Shown here: piece after piece, positions 14,370 through 26,320 of the stretch
Position numbering within the stretch: position 1 is the stretch's first letter
Layout: each line of letters opens with the position of its first letter
Assembly: GCA_951406725.2 (NCBI GenBank)
Contig: OX597822.1
Span: 77,872,001 to 77,936,000 of the forward strand
DNA length: 64,000 nt
Source: Octopus vulgaris
Lineage: Eukaryota
Direction of reading: 5' to 3'
The notes under the pieces: model-generated
The model's database searches: none
Told to the model about the DNA's origin: nothing
The model's input: the letters and a program-made list of their open reading frames with translations, nothing else
Program-made: the position numbers and the translations under genes

Positions 14370-14692
14370 AAGGCGCGTGGCTTAGTGGTTGTAGGCATTC
14401 GGCCCACGATCGTAATGTCGTGAGTTTAATTGCCGGTGGCGCGTTGTGCCCCGGAGCAAGACGCTTTGTTTAACATTGCTTCAGTTCACTCAGCTGGTGA
14501 AAATAAGTAGTACCTGTAATTCAAAGGGCCAGCCTTGTCACACTCTGTGTCTCGCTGACTCTCCCTGAGAACTACGTTATGGGTACGCGTATCTGTGGAG
14601 TGCTCAGTCACTTGCGCGTTAATTTCATGAGCAGGCTGTTCCATTGATCGGATAAACTGGAACCCTCATCGTCGCAACCGACGGAGTGCCAG
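14370..14692 (+). mobile_element. tRNA-derived SINE family C; representative copy
   Basis: GGCGCGTGGCTTAGTGGTT...GAGTT(C/T)..T...GAGCAAGAC...CCGACGGAGTGCCA. Other copies near 6025-6352 (-), 24800-25120 (-), 40168-40490 (-). Confidence 0.8.
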
Positions 14693-16790
14693 ATAACATC
14701 TTAGCCCGGTTTCTATGGCATGTATAAGTAGAATACTCTCCGTGGAATGGATCACTAGTCTTTGTAGAGTTAACTTCCCAACTGTCGTTTTGTATTCGTT
14801 TTAAATCGAGCGGACTAAATTAACGTGGGATTAAGTGTTTCGTTCAAGAATGTCACTGTCCAGCCGGTGTGGCAATCGAAACCATGACCTAGCGATTGGG
14901 AGTCCAGATCGCTACCCACCAGGCAACGTATCTTCACTAGGACTACCAATGATCGCTAATTAGTTACCTGTTGAATTGTTATTCATTATCAGAAAAAGCA
15001 ACAGCAACAACAACAACAACAACAAAACCGATGACGACAATGGCAGCAACGACAAAGACGACAACAACAACAACAGATGCTGTTTCCTTTTTACTGACAT
15101 TTTAATGGCTTTAAAATCTAATTATCTAATTAAGACACAAGCGAGAAGAACGCACGAAATGCATCATCAATAAATAATAATTTATTTGGGATTCAAAGCA
15201 AAGAAGAAATTAATCGTAAAGTATTTCAATTATTGATCAATTCGTTAAAGTTCATTGTTCAGACAGGGCCGAGTACAATAGAGCATTGGAAATACAGGTC
15301 GATGCGCCGCTAGTTCGAATCTTATCGAGGGCACTTTGTGTATTGTCTTTTAAATCAAGATGCTCTCAGCTAAAAACAAAATGAAGTCTAATTGTTTTTG
15401 TCATTCTTTGCACAACCAGTCATCTTTTAAATTTGATCTAAAACAGTGGTCTAAAAGCATTTTCGTCTAAAGACAAAAAGGATTTATTAGATTATAGTTA
15501 TTTAGATCTTTTACATTTTTCTTTTTTTCTTTTTGAGATTCCATAGACAAAATAGTTATTAGACCAAAGTGAGTTTAGACAAAAATGTCTTTAGATTATA
15601 GTGTATTTATACAAGAGTTACTTTAGACCAAAGTTTTTTAGACCATAGTGCATTAGACCGAAGTGCTTTGGACGAAAAGTCTTAGAACCATATATATATG
15701 TGTGTGTGTATGTGTGTGTGTGTGTGTATGTGTGTGTGTGTGTGTGCGTGTGTGTGTGTGCATGTGTGTGTGTGTTAGACGATTTTGGCCAAGATACAAC
15801 AGAAATACGCAATCAGAAAGAACTGGAAGTGCAATGCGGCCATGATAGTTGTAACTCGATTTCGAGCAATACCATCGTTAACATGAACAGCATGGATGTG
15901 GCTTTTCAAACCCGCTAGGACCCTACACACTTTTGCTCATATGTTACAACGATGGGCACCTTTTGCTATAAGGGTTCAAAGTTCTCACTATCCACGCCAG
16001 CACAATACCTTCATTCTATCATGAAATTTTTCTTTGAATATTTTGCACTTTACCCTCCCTACGACCAATCTTAGTGGCCTTGAAAAAATTTTTTAAAGTG
16101 TTACGGAAGCTGCTCCTCCCCACTTCGACCCCTGATGAATAAAAAACAAAGTCGACCTTGGCAGGATTTGAATCCAGAGCAGAGAAATCTGAAACAAAAC
16201 ATCATTCCACACGTTTAGATATATCTAGAACTGCATTATCTAATGTGTCTTTTCCTTATGTATGATTGTATGACGCAACATGACGGATATTTGGTTGCTG
16301 TTTCTAGTTGATCAAGTGACCATGCTGGTACTCTTCGTTAACTAAGGAAGATTCGGCTGTTATTTCTGGCAGGTCAATGATTATCAAACTTTTTCTATGG
16401 CCCCTCGCACCAGTCAGAAACATTTGTTTAATTTACGCACACTGTGCAAGATGGAAAAAAGTCAATTTTCTAGAAAATAGCTAAATTGCAGCAGCCCTAT
16501 TGCAGTACATCTTGGGTAAGTTTTTTCTTTCCCTATAGCCCCAGGCCGACCAATGCCTTGTGAGCGAATTTGTTAAGTGGAAACTATGCTGAAACTCATC
16601 ATATGTGTGTGTATGTGTATTTTTATGTCTGTCGCCACTTGACAACCGGTGTAGATTTGTTTACGTCTCCGTCACTTGGTAGGTCGGTAAAATTATCGGT
16701 AGAATAAGCAAGTTACATAGTGCAGTGGTTCTTAACCATATTTGTGTGTGAGATCCCCTTTGATTCCAATCTTACCCAGCTGTATCTCCA

Positions 16791-17355
16791 TAAAAAGTGG
16801 TGCAATAATGGGGTAGAGATTCATGTACAAAGTGGGGCAATCATGGGGTAGCGACTCAGGTAAAAAGTGGGGTAACATTGGGGTAGCGATTCATGTAAAA
16901 AGTGGGGTAATAATGGGGTAGTGATTCATGTAAAAAGTGGGGCAATAATGGGGTAGAGATTCATGTAAAAAGTGGGGTAATAATGGGGTAGCGATTCATG
17001 TAAAAAGTGGGGCAATAATGGGGTAGCGATTCATGTAAAAAGTGGGGTAATAATGGGGTAGCGATTCATGTAAAAAGTGGGGTAATAATGGGGTAGCGAT
17101 TCATGTAAAAGGTGGGGCAATAATGGGGCAGCGATTCATGTAAAATGTGGGGCAAAAATGGGGTAGTGATTCGTGTAAAAAGTGGGGTAATAATGGGGTA
17201 GTGATTCATGTAAAAAATGGGGCAATAATGGGGTAGCGATTCATGTAAAAAGTGGGATAATAATGGGGTAGTGATTCATGTAAAAAGTGGGGCAATAATG
17301 GGGTAGCGATTCATGTAAAAAGTGGTGCAATAATGGGGTAGCGATTCATGTAAAA
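16791..17355 (+). repeat. 35-bp G-rich minisatellite, about 16 copies, inside a probable hAT-type MITE (about 16723-17494)
   Basis: Unit TAAAAAGTGGGG(C/T)AATAATGGGGTAGCGATTCATG repeated head to tail without spacers; flanking CAGTGGTTCTTAACC and GTTTGGGAACC. Confidence 0.92.
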
Positions 17356-18679
17356 ACAACAAAATTATGGGTTCAATAGGTTAAGTTAGCTACTTGGAAT
17401 TTACTTTAGAAAATGGTCTATGCTTGTGATGGTTAGTTGGGATGAGGGCGCTGGGAATGCGGCCTGCGTGTCCGAAAAAGTTTGGGAACCAAAGTAATGT
17501 AAAAATACTAAACTAATGTAAAAATACTTGTATTTCCTTTAAATATTTTAGTAAATTTATCATTTGTTTCATTTTAAGGCGGCGAGCTGGCAGAGTCGTT
17601 AGCACGTCGGGCAAGATGCTTAGCGGTATTTCGCCTGTCGCTACGTTCTGAGTTCAAATTCTGTCGAGGTCGACTTGCCCGCGTTCTTTGAAATTGCTTT
17701 GTGCCAAAATATTTGAAACCCATATTTGTTTAATTTAAAGCGCTGTGGCCACCTCTTGTTCGGAAAAATCAATAATTCGTGATCCGGAAAGGCTTTCATA
17801 CCAAAGGTTCCAGAAAACTGATTTTGTGCCTGAACTACAACGAACGATGCGACCGAGCACACTATTGTTCGAATATCTTCCAGTCGTGACCATCCCGTCT
17901 TTTTGTATATCCCATGGGTACATTATTTAACATGCCCCTCCCCACTACCAGTATTCTTTCAAGTTGGAAATGTATGATCTTTAGTTCAAACTACATCCAA
18001 TCGTCTTAGAAAAGGGTAGAATGCGTTTGATAAGAAGTTGACGAAACTGTTCTCATTGGAACTACTTTCGTTCATTGATCTGACTCAGATCTGTCATAGG
18101 GCTGACTTGGATTAAAACGCCGCCGCCACTACCATCGCCACCACTATCTCCACTATCAACAACAACAACAACAATTGCAATAATCATACAAAAATTACTG
18201 GTTAACGGAGATGGTAACATGCTTCGGGTGACATCACTGTAATCCATAGGATTGGATTAGTTGGATTGCTCAGCATGTCCTCTTCACCCAACCACAGTTT
18301 GAGCTTCAGATCACACTGGTTTGATGAGTCTACTCTGCCACACTCCCTCGACAAGGCTTGGCAGAAGGGTGCAGTTTTTATACTCATATCCATCGACCCT
18401 AGTGTTCAACTGGTACTTATTTTATCGACACCGAAAAGATGAAAGGCAAAGTCGGCCTCGACGGAATTTGGATCAGATGGACGAACTACCACTAAGCATT
18501 TTGACATTTTGGCCAGTGTTTTAACGATTCTGCCATCTCGTTACTAACTCATAGGACAAACCATTGAATATTGGCGTGGTTAGTTGCCAGAGCTATTGAT
18601 CTGTGATTCATAACTAGCCGATCGACAGACTACCCATGTACCATAGGTTTGACCTGGAGTAAACCAACTGCAATAACAA

Positions 18680-19020
18680 TAATAACAAGAGCACTCAGAG
18701 AGCGCAAACCTCCGCCAAGGCAATACCAACGTCCTCTCAACGAAATTATTTTTAAAATGAGAATATCTGAAATAAACTCGACTCCTCTCACAAGCGAGAA
18801 TACTAGAAATGAACCCGACCGCTCTCAAAATTTAAATTTAAAAAACAGGAAAGATAATCCAGAATCCTTGTCCAGTACCGGATTGATCCCAATATCTTAT
18901 TAATTCTTGCTAGTCTCGAGGTCAGACATTCCTGAAAGTTTCATCTGAATCCATCCAGCGATTCTTGAAGTATCTTGTCCACGGACAAACAAACACAATT
19001 GAAAACAATACATCCACGAC
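18680..19020 (+). mobile_element. Possible Helentron-associated (DINE/HINE-like) non-autonomous element
   Basis: Start AACAAGAGCACTCAGAGAGCGCAAACCTCCGCCAAGG and 3' GACAAACAAACAC...GAAAACAATAC resemble this class; the 3' subterminal repeat is decayed. Confidence 0.4.
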
Positions 19021-19476
19021 GATGATGAACCATCGGGAAATCATCTATGTAGACACTCGATCTGCTGGAAATAACAGCCAGATTTCCATATCATATACTA
19101 GCGTCTTAAAAAATATACGCTGGATAATATAGTTTTAGATACATATCTGGAAATAAATGATGTTGCAGGTATGACTGTGTGGTTAAGATAATCACTTGCA
19201 ACCACGTGGTATCGAGCTCAGTGCCACGAGGTTACACCTTTGGCGGGTACTTTCTGTTGTAGCCCCAGACCTATCAATGACCTGTGAATGTGTGTATGTA
19301 TGTATGTATGCACGTATATAGAAATAAATGTAGGGATAAGCAATTTAGGTCAATATATAAAGTATATTAAATACATGAAATACAAAAGTGTATATATGTA
19401 TACATATAAAAACAGGAACTTACACAGAATAAAAATGATAAAGAGAATTAAGAGGTTTGAGGAAAAGTATTACAAA

Positions 19477-19567
19477 TCCAACAGCTGTTTCTAGGGGCTC
19501 GGTGATTCAAGATAATGTTTGTAGATTGATTCCATCGTAGGATGAGACGAGCCTCCGTCTTCAAGGA
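19477..19567 (-). ncRNA. Degenerate type I hammerhead in a PLE-type pLTR fragment
   Basis: The reverse complement reads TCC | TTGAAGA | CGGAGGCTCG...CGAGCCCCTA | GAAA CAGCTG TT | GGA, with a C3U change, palindromic stem III ACAGCTGT and a GUU triplet. Confidence 0.55.
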
Positions 19568-19607
19568 AGAGATCTTACATTTGAGGTCTTAAAGGAAAGA
19601 AGTTAAA

Positions 19608-20091
19608 GCCAAGAAACAATATAGTCATGTGACTAGAGGTGACTTGTACTATGTATTGCTATATTCTTTTCTTTCTTTTTATTTATTTTTTTTCTTCTTG
19701 ATACTAAGATTGCAATCAATGATTTTGTGGCCAGATAAGAGAACGATATGATAACCGTATAGCATTTTGTGGTCTTTTAACTGCGTTTGTCAGATATAAT
19801 TGTTTTTCTTAATTTTACTGCAGTTACTTTTGAATCAATTGAAGGATCTAGAAGTATGCATTACAGCAATTATTTTAAATGTATTTTCCTGGATATATGT
19901 ATATGTGCACACACACGTGTGAATGGGTAGCTGTCAGCTTAACAGTCGACCCATGCCCGAGTACGACTGCTAATGATAATGGTGTACCTCGAGTGCCCTC
20001 ACAAGCGAAGAAACTACGGATGTGGTAGTATTTCATCGTCGCAGACATTCGAAACACGCCTACTGTCGCAACGACATAGACCACACACACA

Positions 20092-20150
<59 letters not shown>

Positions 20151-21010
20151 CCACGCACATACACACACACAAGCACACACGTACGCACACTAACGTACAC
20201 ACACACATGTACACACACACGCACGCAAACAAACACACACACGTACACACACACACTTATACGAAGAGGCTTGTGCTCTATTTCAATCTACAAAACTCCT
20301 TCCACAGAGCATTGGTCAATCCGAGCTTATAGTTAGAGATATTTTCCCTGGCTAACTCCACAACAGGACAGGATGGATCCTGGACAGGATAAAGATAAAG
20401 TTAACCCGACTCTTTCACTGCCCTTAGTCCTACTATTTGTTTTGTGTAAATCCAGTGTACTTAGTTACGAAAATATTACGGAGGCAGATATTTCAAATTA
20501 CACATTGTCACCTCCTAATACGTTTCTAGATCGTTGAGACAAGAGGGAAAACGTTTTTGAAGTTGCGCAACCCAAGCTCAGCAAAATTGAGCATATCTAA
20601 AAACCACAAGTAGTACTCGATTGAACGAAGAGATGAAACCCACTTATTCATCTTTCTTGGTAGTTTCCACGCGGTCACTCGACCTGCAAAAAAAATTCAG
20701 CCAAATATTTCTCAAATACTACTTTACTGTCTTTAAAAACAAAATTATTAAATATCCAGGAAAATATTTTTTAAATAATTGCTGTAATGCATACTTCTAG
20801 ATCCTTCAACTGATTAAAAAATAACTGCAGTAAAATTGAGAAAAACAACTATATATGAGTAACGTATTTCGAATACAACAAAATGCAATACGGCTGTCAT
20901 ATTATAATCTTAATTAGCCATTGATTGCAATCTTAGTATCAAAAAGAAAGAAAATATAGCATCGTATAGTACAAGTCACCTCTAGTCACATGATAATATC
21001 GCTTCTTGGC
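19608..21010. repeat. Diverged inverted repeat pair (19608-19896 vs 20752-21010) with about 860 bp of spacer
   Basis: For example gtgactagaggtgacttgtactat / atagtacaagtcacctctagtcac and ttttactgcagtta / taactgcagtaaaa. The left arm continues into the hammerhead-bearing segment. Confidence 0.8.
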
Positions 21011-21879
21011 TATGATTTCTGAATCAAGTACTGTTATGCCACTATATTTGAACGAACAGGAAAAAATAGACGCCCCACTTCTATCCGGTATTGATCAATC
21101 CACACACATGCGCAATAAAAGAAGCAGTGTATTGTTTAGTTGAAAGTCAGTCTTAATTGAGCTAGATCATTATCAAAGGCGTTCCAATCGTGCCTTTTTC
21201 TTATATCTATGTTAATCAGAGCCGTCTTAAACACGGGCACGCTGAGTAGTTGTCTAGGGGACCCAATTTTGATCTCTGTATGCGGTAGGTTGCTGTCAAT
21301 AAATTTATAGAATAGGGCCCAGTGCACTGATTTGCCGACTTGGAGCCTATAATATCCCTTTCTACTATAGGCACAAGGCCGGAAATTTTGGGACGGGGGC
21401 TAATCAATTACATCGACCTCGGTGCTCAACTGGTACTGATTTCATCGATCTCGAAAGCATGAAAGGCGAGATCAGAACACAATTTGAACTCAGAACACAA
21501 ATACAGACGAAATGCTGCTAAGTATTTTGCTCGGCGTGCTAACGATTCGACCAGCTCGCTGCCTAGAATATCGCCAAGACGTCCCCGATATTAACCGTAT
21601 CATTATCACTGATCCTGGACGACCAACGATGTCCACAGACACAGTTCCTTCCTCCATACAAAACCAATAAAAATGACTACATTATTCAATACACCCAGGT
21701 TTCCTCTGTGTCTTATTCTTAAATATTTCCTAAACATTTTATGGTCGTGTACGTGAAAGTGAACCGTATTTTAGTAGGTTATATCAATTGCGCCACAGGC
21801 TCGATCAGCTGAAAAACAATTCTTGCTGAAGAATGGCAATGGATCACTGTCAGTCTAAACAATGAGCTTTCAGTTGTTT

Positions 21880-22380
21880 GATCAACAGAAAAACATAGAA
21901 CGATTGTAAGAATGAGAATGATCTTCACCGTAAAAGACATAAAACACTGTACTTAAAACTGAAACGAGTAAACTGATTCGTTCAACCAGGTGTCTTCTAC
22001 GAAGCAGAAACTTGGACAATTAACAAAACAATGGGAAAGAATATGGATGCTTTTGAGGGGTGGATCTTTCGCAGTTTGGGCAAGAATAAGATGGAGAGAC
22101 AAGATAACAGACGCTTCAGTGCTAGAAAAATTGAAACCTACTGTCGAGAATCAAGTCCGCAAAGTTTTCATATTTTGGACATACAATAAACCACGAGTCA
22201 TTGCTAATGACCATCCTGACAAGAAATGTGGAGAGGAAGAGGGTAAGGGGTTGTCAAAGATGTTTGTGGATTGATGGCATTAAAGAATGGAAGGGAAACC
22301 TGATTGTATAAAATGCAGTACAACGCAGGGAACTGGAGAGTTTTGGCAAGCTGGTTCCTGCGCACGGAGAGGGCCTTGAT
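21880..22380 (+). mobile_element. RTE-type LINE 3' fragment
   Basis: Degraded WTI...DAF..WIFR, IRWRDKITD..VL, FGH and RGRG...DGIKEW, typical of the RTE ORF C-terminus. Confidence 0.65.
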
Positions 22381-22996
22381 TGATGGCTGTTGCCTGTTGC
22401 TATTGTAGTGTGCAGGTATGGAAATTAATTGATCAACAGTTCAAGGAACCCATCAATTAAGGCCGCAAATTAGTGGGATCGTTAGGAATTAATACCTTGC
22501 GGTATTTATTCCTGCTCTTCGTGAATTTAAAATATATACGAGTTTAAGTCCTGTCGAGGCCAACGTAACCTTTTATCCTTCCAGTCTCGATGAAATACTG
22601 TACCACTCAGGTACTGGGGTCGCTTTATTCGAATAACTCATCCACCAAACACACACACACACACATTGTGTGACCTCGTGACTAGGCTAAGAATCGTTAT
22701 TATTTTTCTTGAGCATGTGAATACATGTGACCATGGATGAAATTTGCTGAGCCTAAAAATGCATGAAAGACAAAAAGAAAGAAAGCAAAAATATATAAAT
22801 CTAGCTTGGACGGGATTTTTACTCAGAAAATAAAATGGTACACCTACATATTTTGCTTTGGAAACTTAAGACGAATCCATGATTCACGTTTGTGTCGGGT
22901 AATTTACTGATTCCGAATACCTGCTTTTCTTTCCACTAATGAACATCAACAGTAAAGCATTTATCTTAACAAATTTAATGACCAATATCTAATTAA

Positions 22997-23147
22997 CTAC
23001 ATTATTTAAATTATTTACATTTGACGGATATTTATCCTCATCTTGTTTGTTGTTAACACAACGTTTCGGCTAATATACCCTCCAGCCTTCATCAAGTGTC
23101 TTGGGGAAATTTCGAACCTGGGTTCTCATTCTTAAAGTATTTTTCGA

Positions 23148-23217
<70 letters not shown>

Positions 23218-23580
23218 CAGCTCACTGCCTGGAATCGAGCTCGGAATCTTGGGGTTAGTAGCCCGCACTCTTAACCACTACGCCATATGTTCGTGGGCTA
23301 CTAACCCCAAGATTCCGAGTTCTATTCTAGACAGTGACCTGAATAATAATAACAACAACAGCAACAACAATAATAATGATGATGATGATAATAATAACAT
23401 CGAAAAATACCTTAGGAATGAGAATCCAGGTTCGAAATTTCCCCAAGACACCTGATGAAGGCTGGAGGGTATATCAGCGGAAACGTTGTGTTAACCACAA
23501 ACAAGATGAGGACAAATATCCGTCAAATGTAAATAATGTAAATAATGTACACAATTCCTCATCTCTTGAATATAGAACTG
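22997..23580. mobile_element. Head-to-head inverted dimer of a tRNA-headed SINE carrying a hammerhead ribozyme, with 11-bp TSD
   Basis: Each arm has a tRNA-like head (A box TGGCGTAGTGG, kept only in the left arm; B box GAGTTCGATTCC-like), an (AAT)n tract, a hammerhead and a tail. TATCTAATTAA is repeated at 22986-22996 and 23581-23591. Confidence 0.85.
23447..23492 (+). ncRNA. Minimal type I hammerhead ribozyme; mirror copy 23055-23100 on -
   Basis: GACAC | CTGATGA | A GGCTG-GAGGGTATAT-CAGC(G/C) | GAAA CG TT | GTGTT. Canonical core, stem I ACAC/GTGT, palindromic stem III ACGT, cleavage triplet GUU. Confidence 0.8.
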
Positions 23581-24519
23581 TATCTAATTAATTAGTTTCG
23601 TGATAAATAATGAGAAATAGATATTGCCTCGACCAGAAGCATATTACAAGAAGATTGACCTTGTATACATGACGGTTGTGGTTGCAATTGATGTTGTTGC
23701 ATCAGCACTCGGGCCATTAGCCAAAAAGAATAATCTCTAATTCGAGCCTACTCTAAGCTACTAAGAATGCGTGTGGCAACTTGAAGATTCATCCACCACA
23801 CGCGATAGACTGGCGGTTGCACGGACGCCGAAGGTACGTTGTTATCCTCATTCCGTAATCGGTGGCTTTTAACGGGTGGAGAGCTGAACCATCCTGGGGT
23901 ACAGAGGATTCGCAATCTAGACTAGGGTCTGAAAGTTTACCACACCATAGTGGGTTACACCATGGTTCTTCTGCTTTGTAGAAGAAATAGGAAGAAAGAG
24001 TGCGAGAAAGTTGTGGTGAAAGAGTACAGCGGGGTTCACCCCCCCCCCCCCCGCCGGAGGTTCGTCGAGCTTAGGTGTTATTGTTCAATAAACACTCACA
24101 GTGCCTGGTCTGGGAATCGAAACTGCGTTCTTACGACCGCGAGTCCGCTGCCCTAACCACTGGGCCATTGCGCCTCCACGGCAGGTGTTGTTGTATTGAA
24201 GAAACGTGGTCTAGCGGTACTGACTATCGTAGTTTCGATTCCCAGATCTCGCGGTACGTTGTGTTTTTGTTTTTAGCAAAAGACTTCTCTATACGTTGCG
24301 CCAGTCCACGCAGCTGTAGATGAGGAATCCTGCAACGGACTGGCTTCCCGTTCCTTCATTTGTACGCCATAGAAACCGAGTCATTTTCTACCTGTCCCTA
24401 TCATCTCTTTTTCCTATCACCACTGAACCGAAGTTTTTCTCTTCGCATTGAAAAAAACAAAGCTTAGTAGGCTCGAATTAGAGATTATTCTTTGTGGCTA
24501 AATGGCGTGAGTCCTGATT

Positions 24520-24584
24520 GGAAGAAGAAGAAGAAGAAGAAGAAGAAGAAGAAGAAGAAGAAGAAGAAGAAGAAGAAGAAGAAG

Positions 24585-24615
<31 letters not shown>

Positions 24616-24616
24616 G

Positions 24617-24648
<32 letters not shown>

Positions 24649-24694
24649 AAGAAGAAGAAGAAGAAGAAGAAGAAGAAGAAGAAGAAGAAGAAGA
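24520..24694. repeat. (GAA)n microsatellite, about 175 bp
   Basis: Directly visible, with one GTGGT interruption. Confidence 0.97.
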
Positions 24695-25670
24695 CAACAC
24701 CTGCCTGGCCCATGGACACCTTTGGTCTCCCATCCACAGAAGCAACGAGATAATCCTATGAGTCACGGTTTTAAAAGAAAACAACATCTCTTATAATTAG
24801 CACTCCGTCGGTTACGACGATGAGTTCCATTTGATCCGATCAACGGAATAGCCAGCTCGTTAAATTAAAGAGCAAGTGGCTGAGTACTCCACAGATATGC
24901 TTGTCCTTTACGTAGTTCTAAGGGAGATTCAGCTTGATACAGAATGTGACAAGGCTGGCCATTCCAAATACAGGTACATCTCATTTTTGCACCAGCTGAG
25001 GGGACTGGAGCAACATGATCTGAAGTGTCTTGCTCAAGGACACAACGCGCCGCCGGAAATCGAACTCATGACCCTACGATCGTAAGCTAAATGTCCTAAC
25101 CACTAAACCACGCGCCTTTACATTCCTTATAATTGAATAATAAATGTCATTTCTGATACCGTATCTGGATAAGGCTAGTTGGTCATGCTTGGAATACGAC
25201 TGATCGCCGGTTAGCTGGAGCATATTTGAATTAGGGCTAAACAAAAACGAGTACAACAACAGAAAACTAACTTCCCACGAAATGATGAAGAATACATCTG
25301 TCTGGTCAATTGATCAGTTTGAAATAATAGCCAAATCACCCTCAAATCATAACCTACCATCTTAGATTAAGAAAGACATATTGGATAGTGTGAACCGATG
25401 GGTTTTTTCTCTTCGCACTGACAAAAAGAAAAAAAAAGGGATGGTCACGGTTGGAATAGTTATTTATAATAGTCTGCTCTATGATGAGAGATGAACTGAG
25501 GCTATACAACAAAAGCAACACCACTCCTACGTAACACTTGCTAGAAATAGTAGCCAAATGTGCTTCAAATCACACGCTATCATCTTACAAATAGAAAAAA
25601 AAACAAATGAGCGTGTAAGCTTGGATTACACAATACATACATACATACATACATCACACTTATGTATGTT

Positions 25671-25748
<78 letters not shown>

Positions 25749-25750
<2 letters not shown>

Positions 25751-26096
25751 CGTAGGAGTGGCTGTGTGGTAAATAGCTTGCTTACCAACCACATGGTTCC
25801 AGGTTCAGTCCCACTCCGTGGCACCTTGGGCAAGTGTCTTCTACTATAGCCTCGGGCCGACCAAAGCCTTGTGAGTGGATTTGGTAGATGGAAACTGAAA
25901 GACTACCGTCGTATATATGTATATTTATGTGTGTGGGTGTGGGTGCGTGTATATGCTTGTGTGTCTGTGTTTGTCCCTGCCCACCCCCAACATCGCTTGA
26001 CAACCGATGCTGGTGTGTTTACGTCCTTGTAACTTAGCGGTTCGGCAAAAGAGACCCATAGAATAAGTACTAGGCTTACAAAGATATATATTATTG

Positions 26097-26158
<62 letters not shown>

Positions 26159-26320
26159 ATATTGGTGTGTTTACGTCCCCGTAACCTAGTGGTTCGACAA
26201 AAGAGACCGGTAGAATAAGTACTAGGCTTACAAAGAGTAAGTCCTTGGCTCGATTTGTCCGACTAAAAGGTGGTGCTCCAGCATGGCCGCAGTCAAATGA
26301 CTGAAACAGATCAAAGAATA
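25749..26320 (+). mobile_element. tRNA-derived SINE family A (CORE-type, internal (TA)n/(TG)n); representative copy
   Basis: GGCGTAGGAGTGGCTGTGTGGT...GGTTCAGTCCC...CCTTGGGCAAGTGTCTT...GACTGAAACA. Further copies near 1308-1700 (+), 1705-2060 (-), 11490-12495 (-), 26975-27375 (-), 31725-32105 (+), 32775-33210 (-), 37275-37732 (-), 39140-39505 (+), 49315-49470 plus 53745-53950 (+). Confidence 0.85.

Noticed and set aside
16791-17355. 35-bp repeat array as a CRISPR array
   Set aside because: Units are contiguous with no unique spacers, there are no cas genes, and the context is eukaryotic.
17735-17930. Short non-repetitive ORFs as exons of an unknown gene
   Set aside because: No recognisable motif or consistent splice partners, and part of the segment resembles a dispersed repeat.
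23218-23292. tRNA gene (anticodon-like ACT loop; also about 47038-47110 and 60610-60682)
   Set aside because: A/B boxes are present but the acceptor stem does not pair (GGGCATA vs AGTGACC), and each copy is fused to the same (AAT)n-hammerhead tail, so it is a SINE head.
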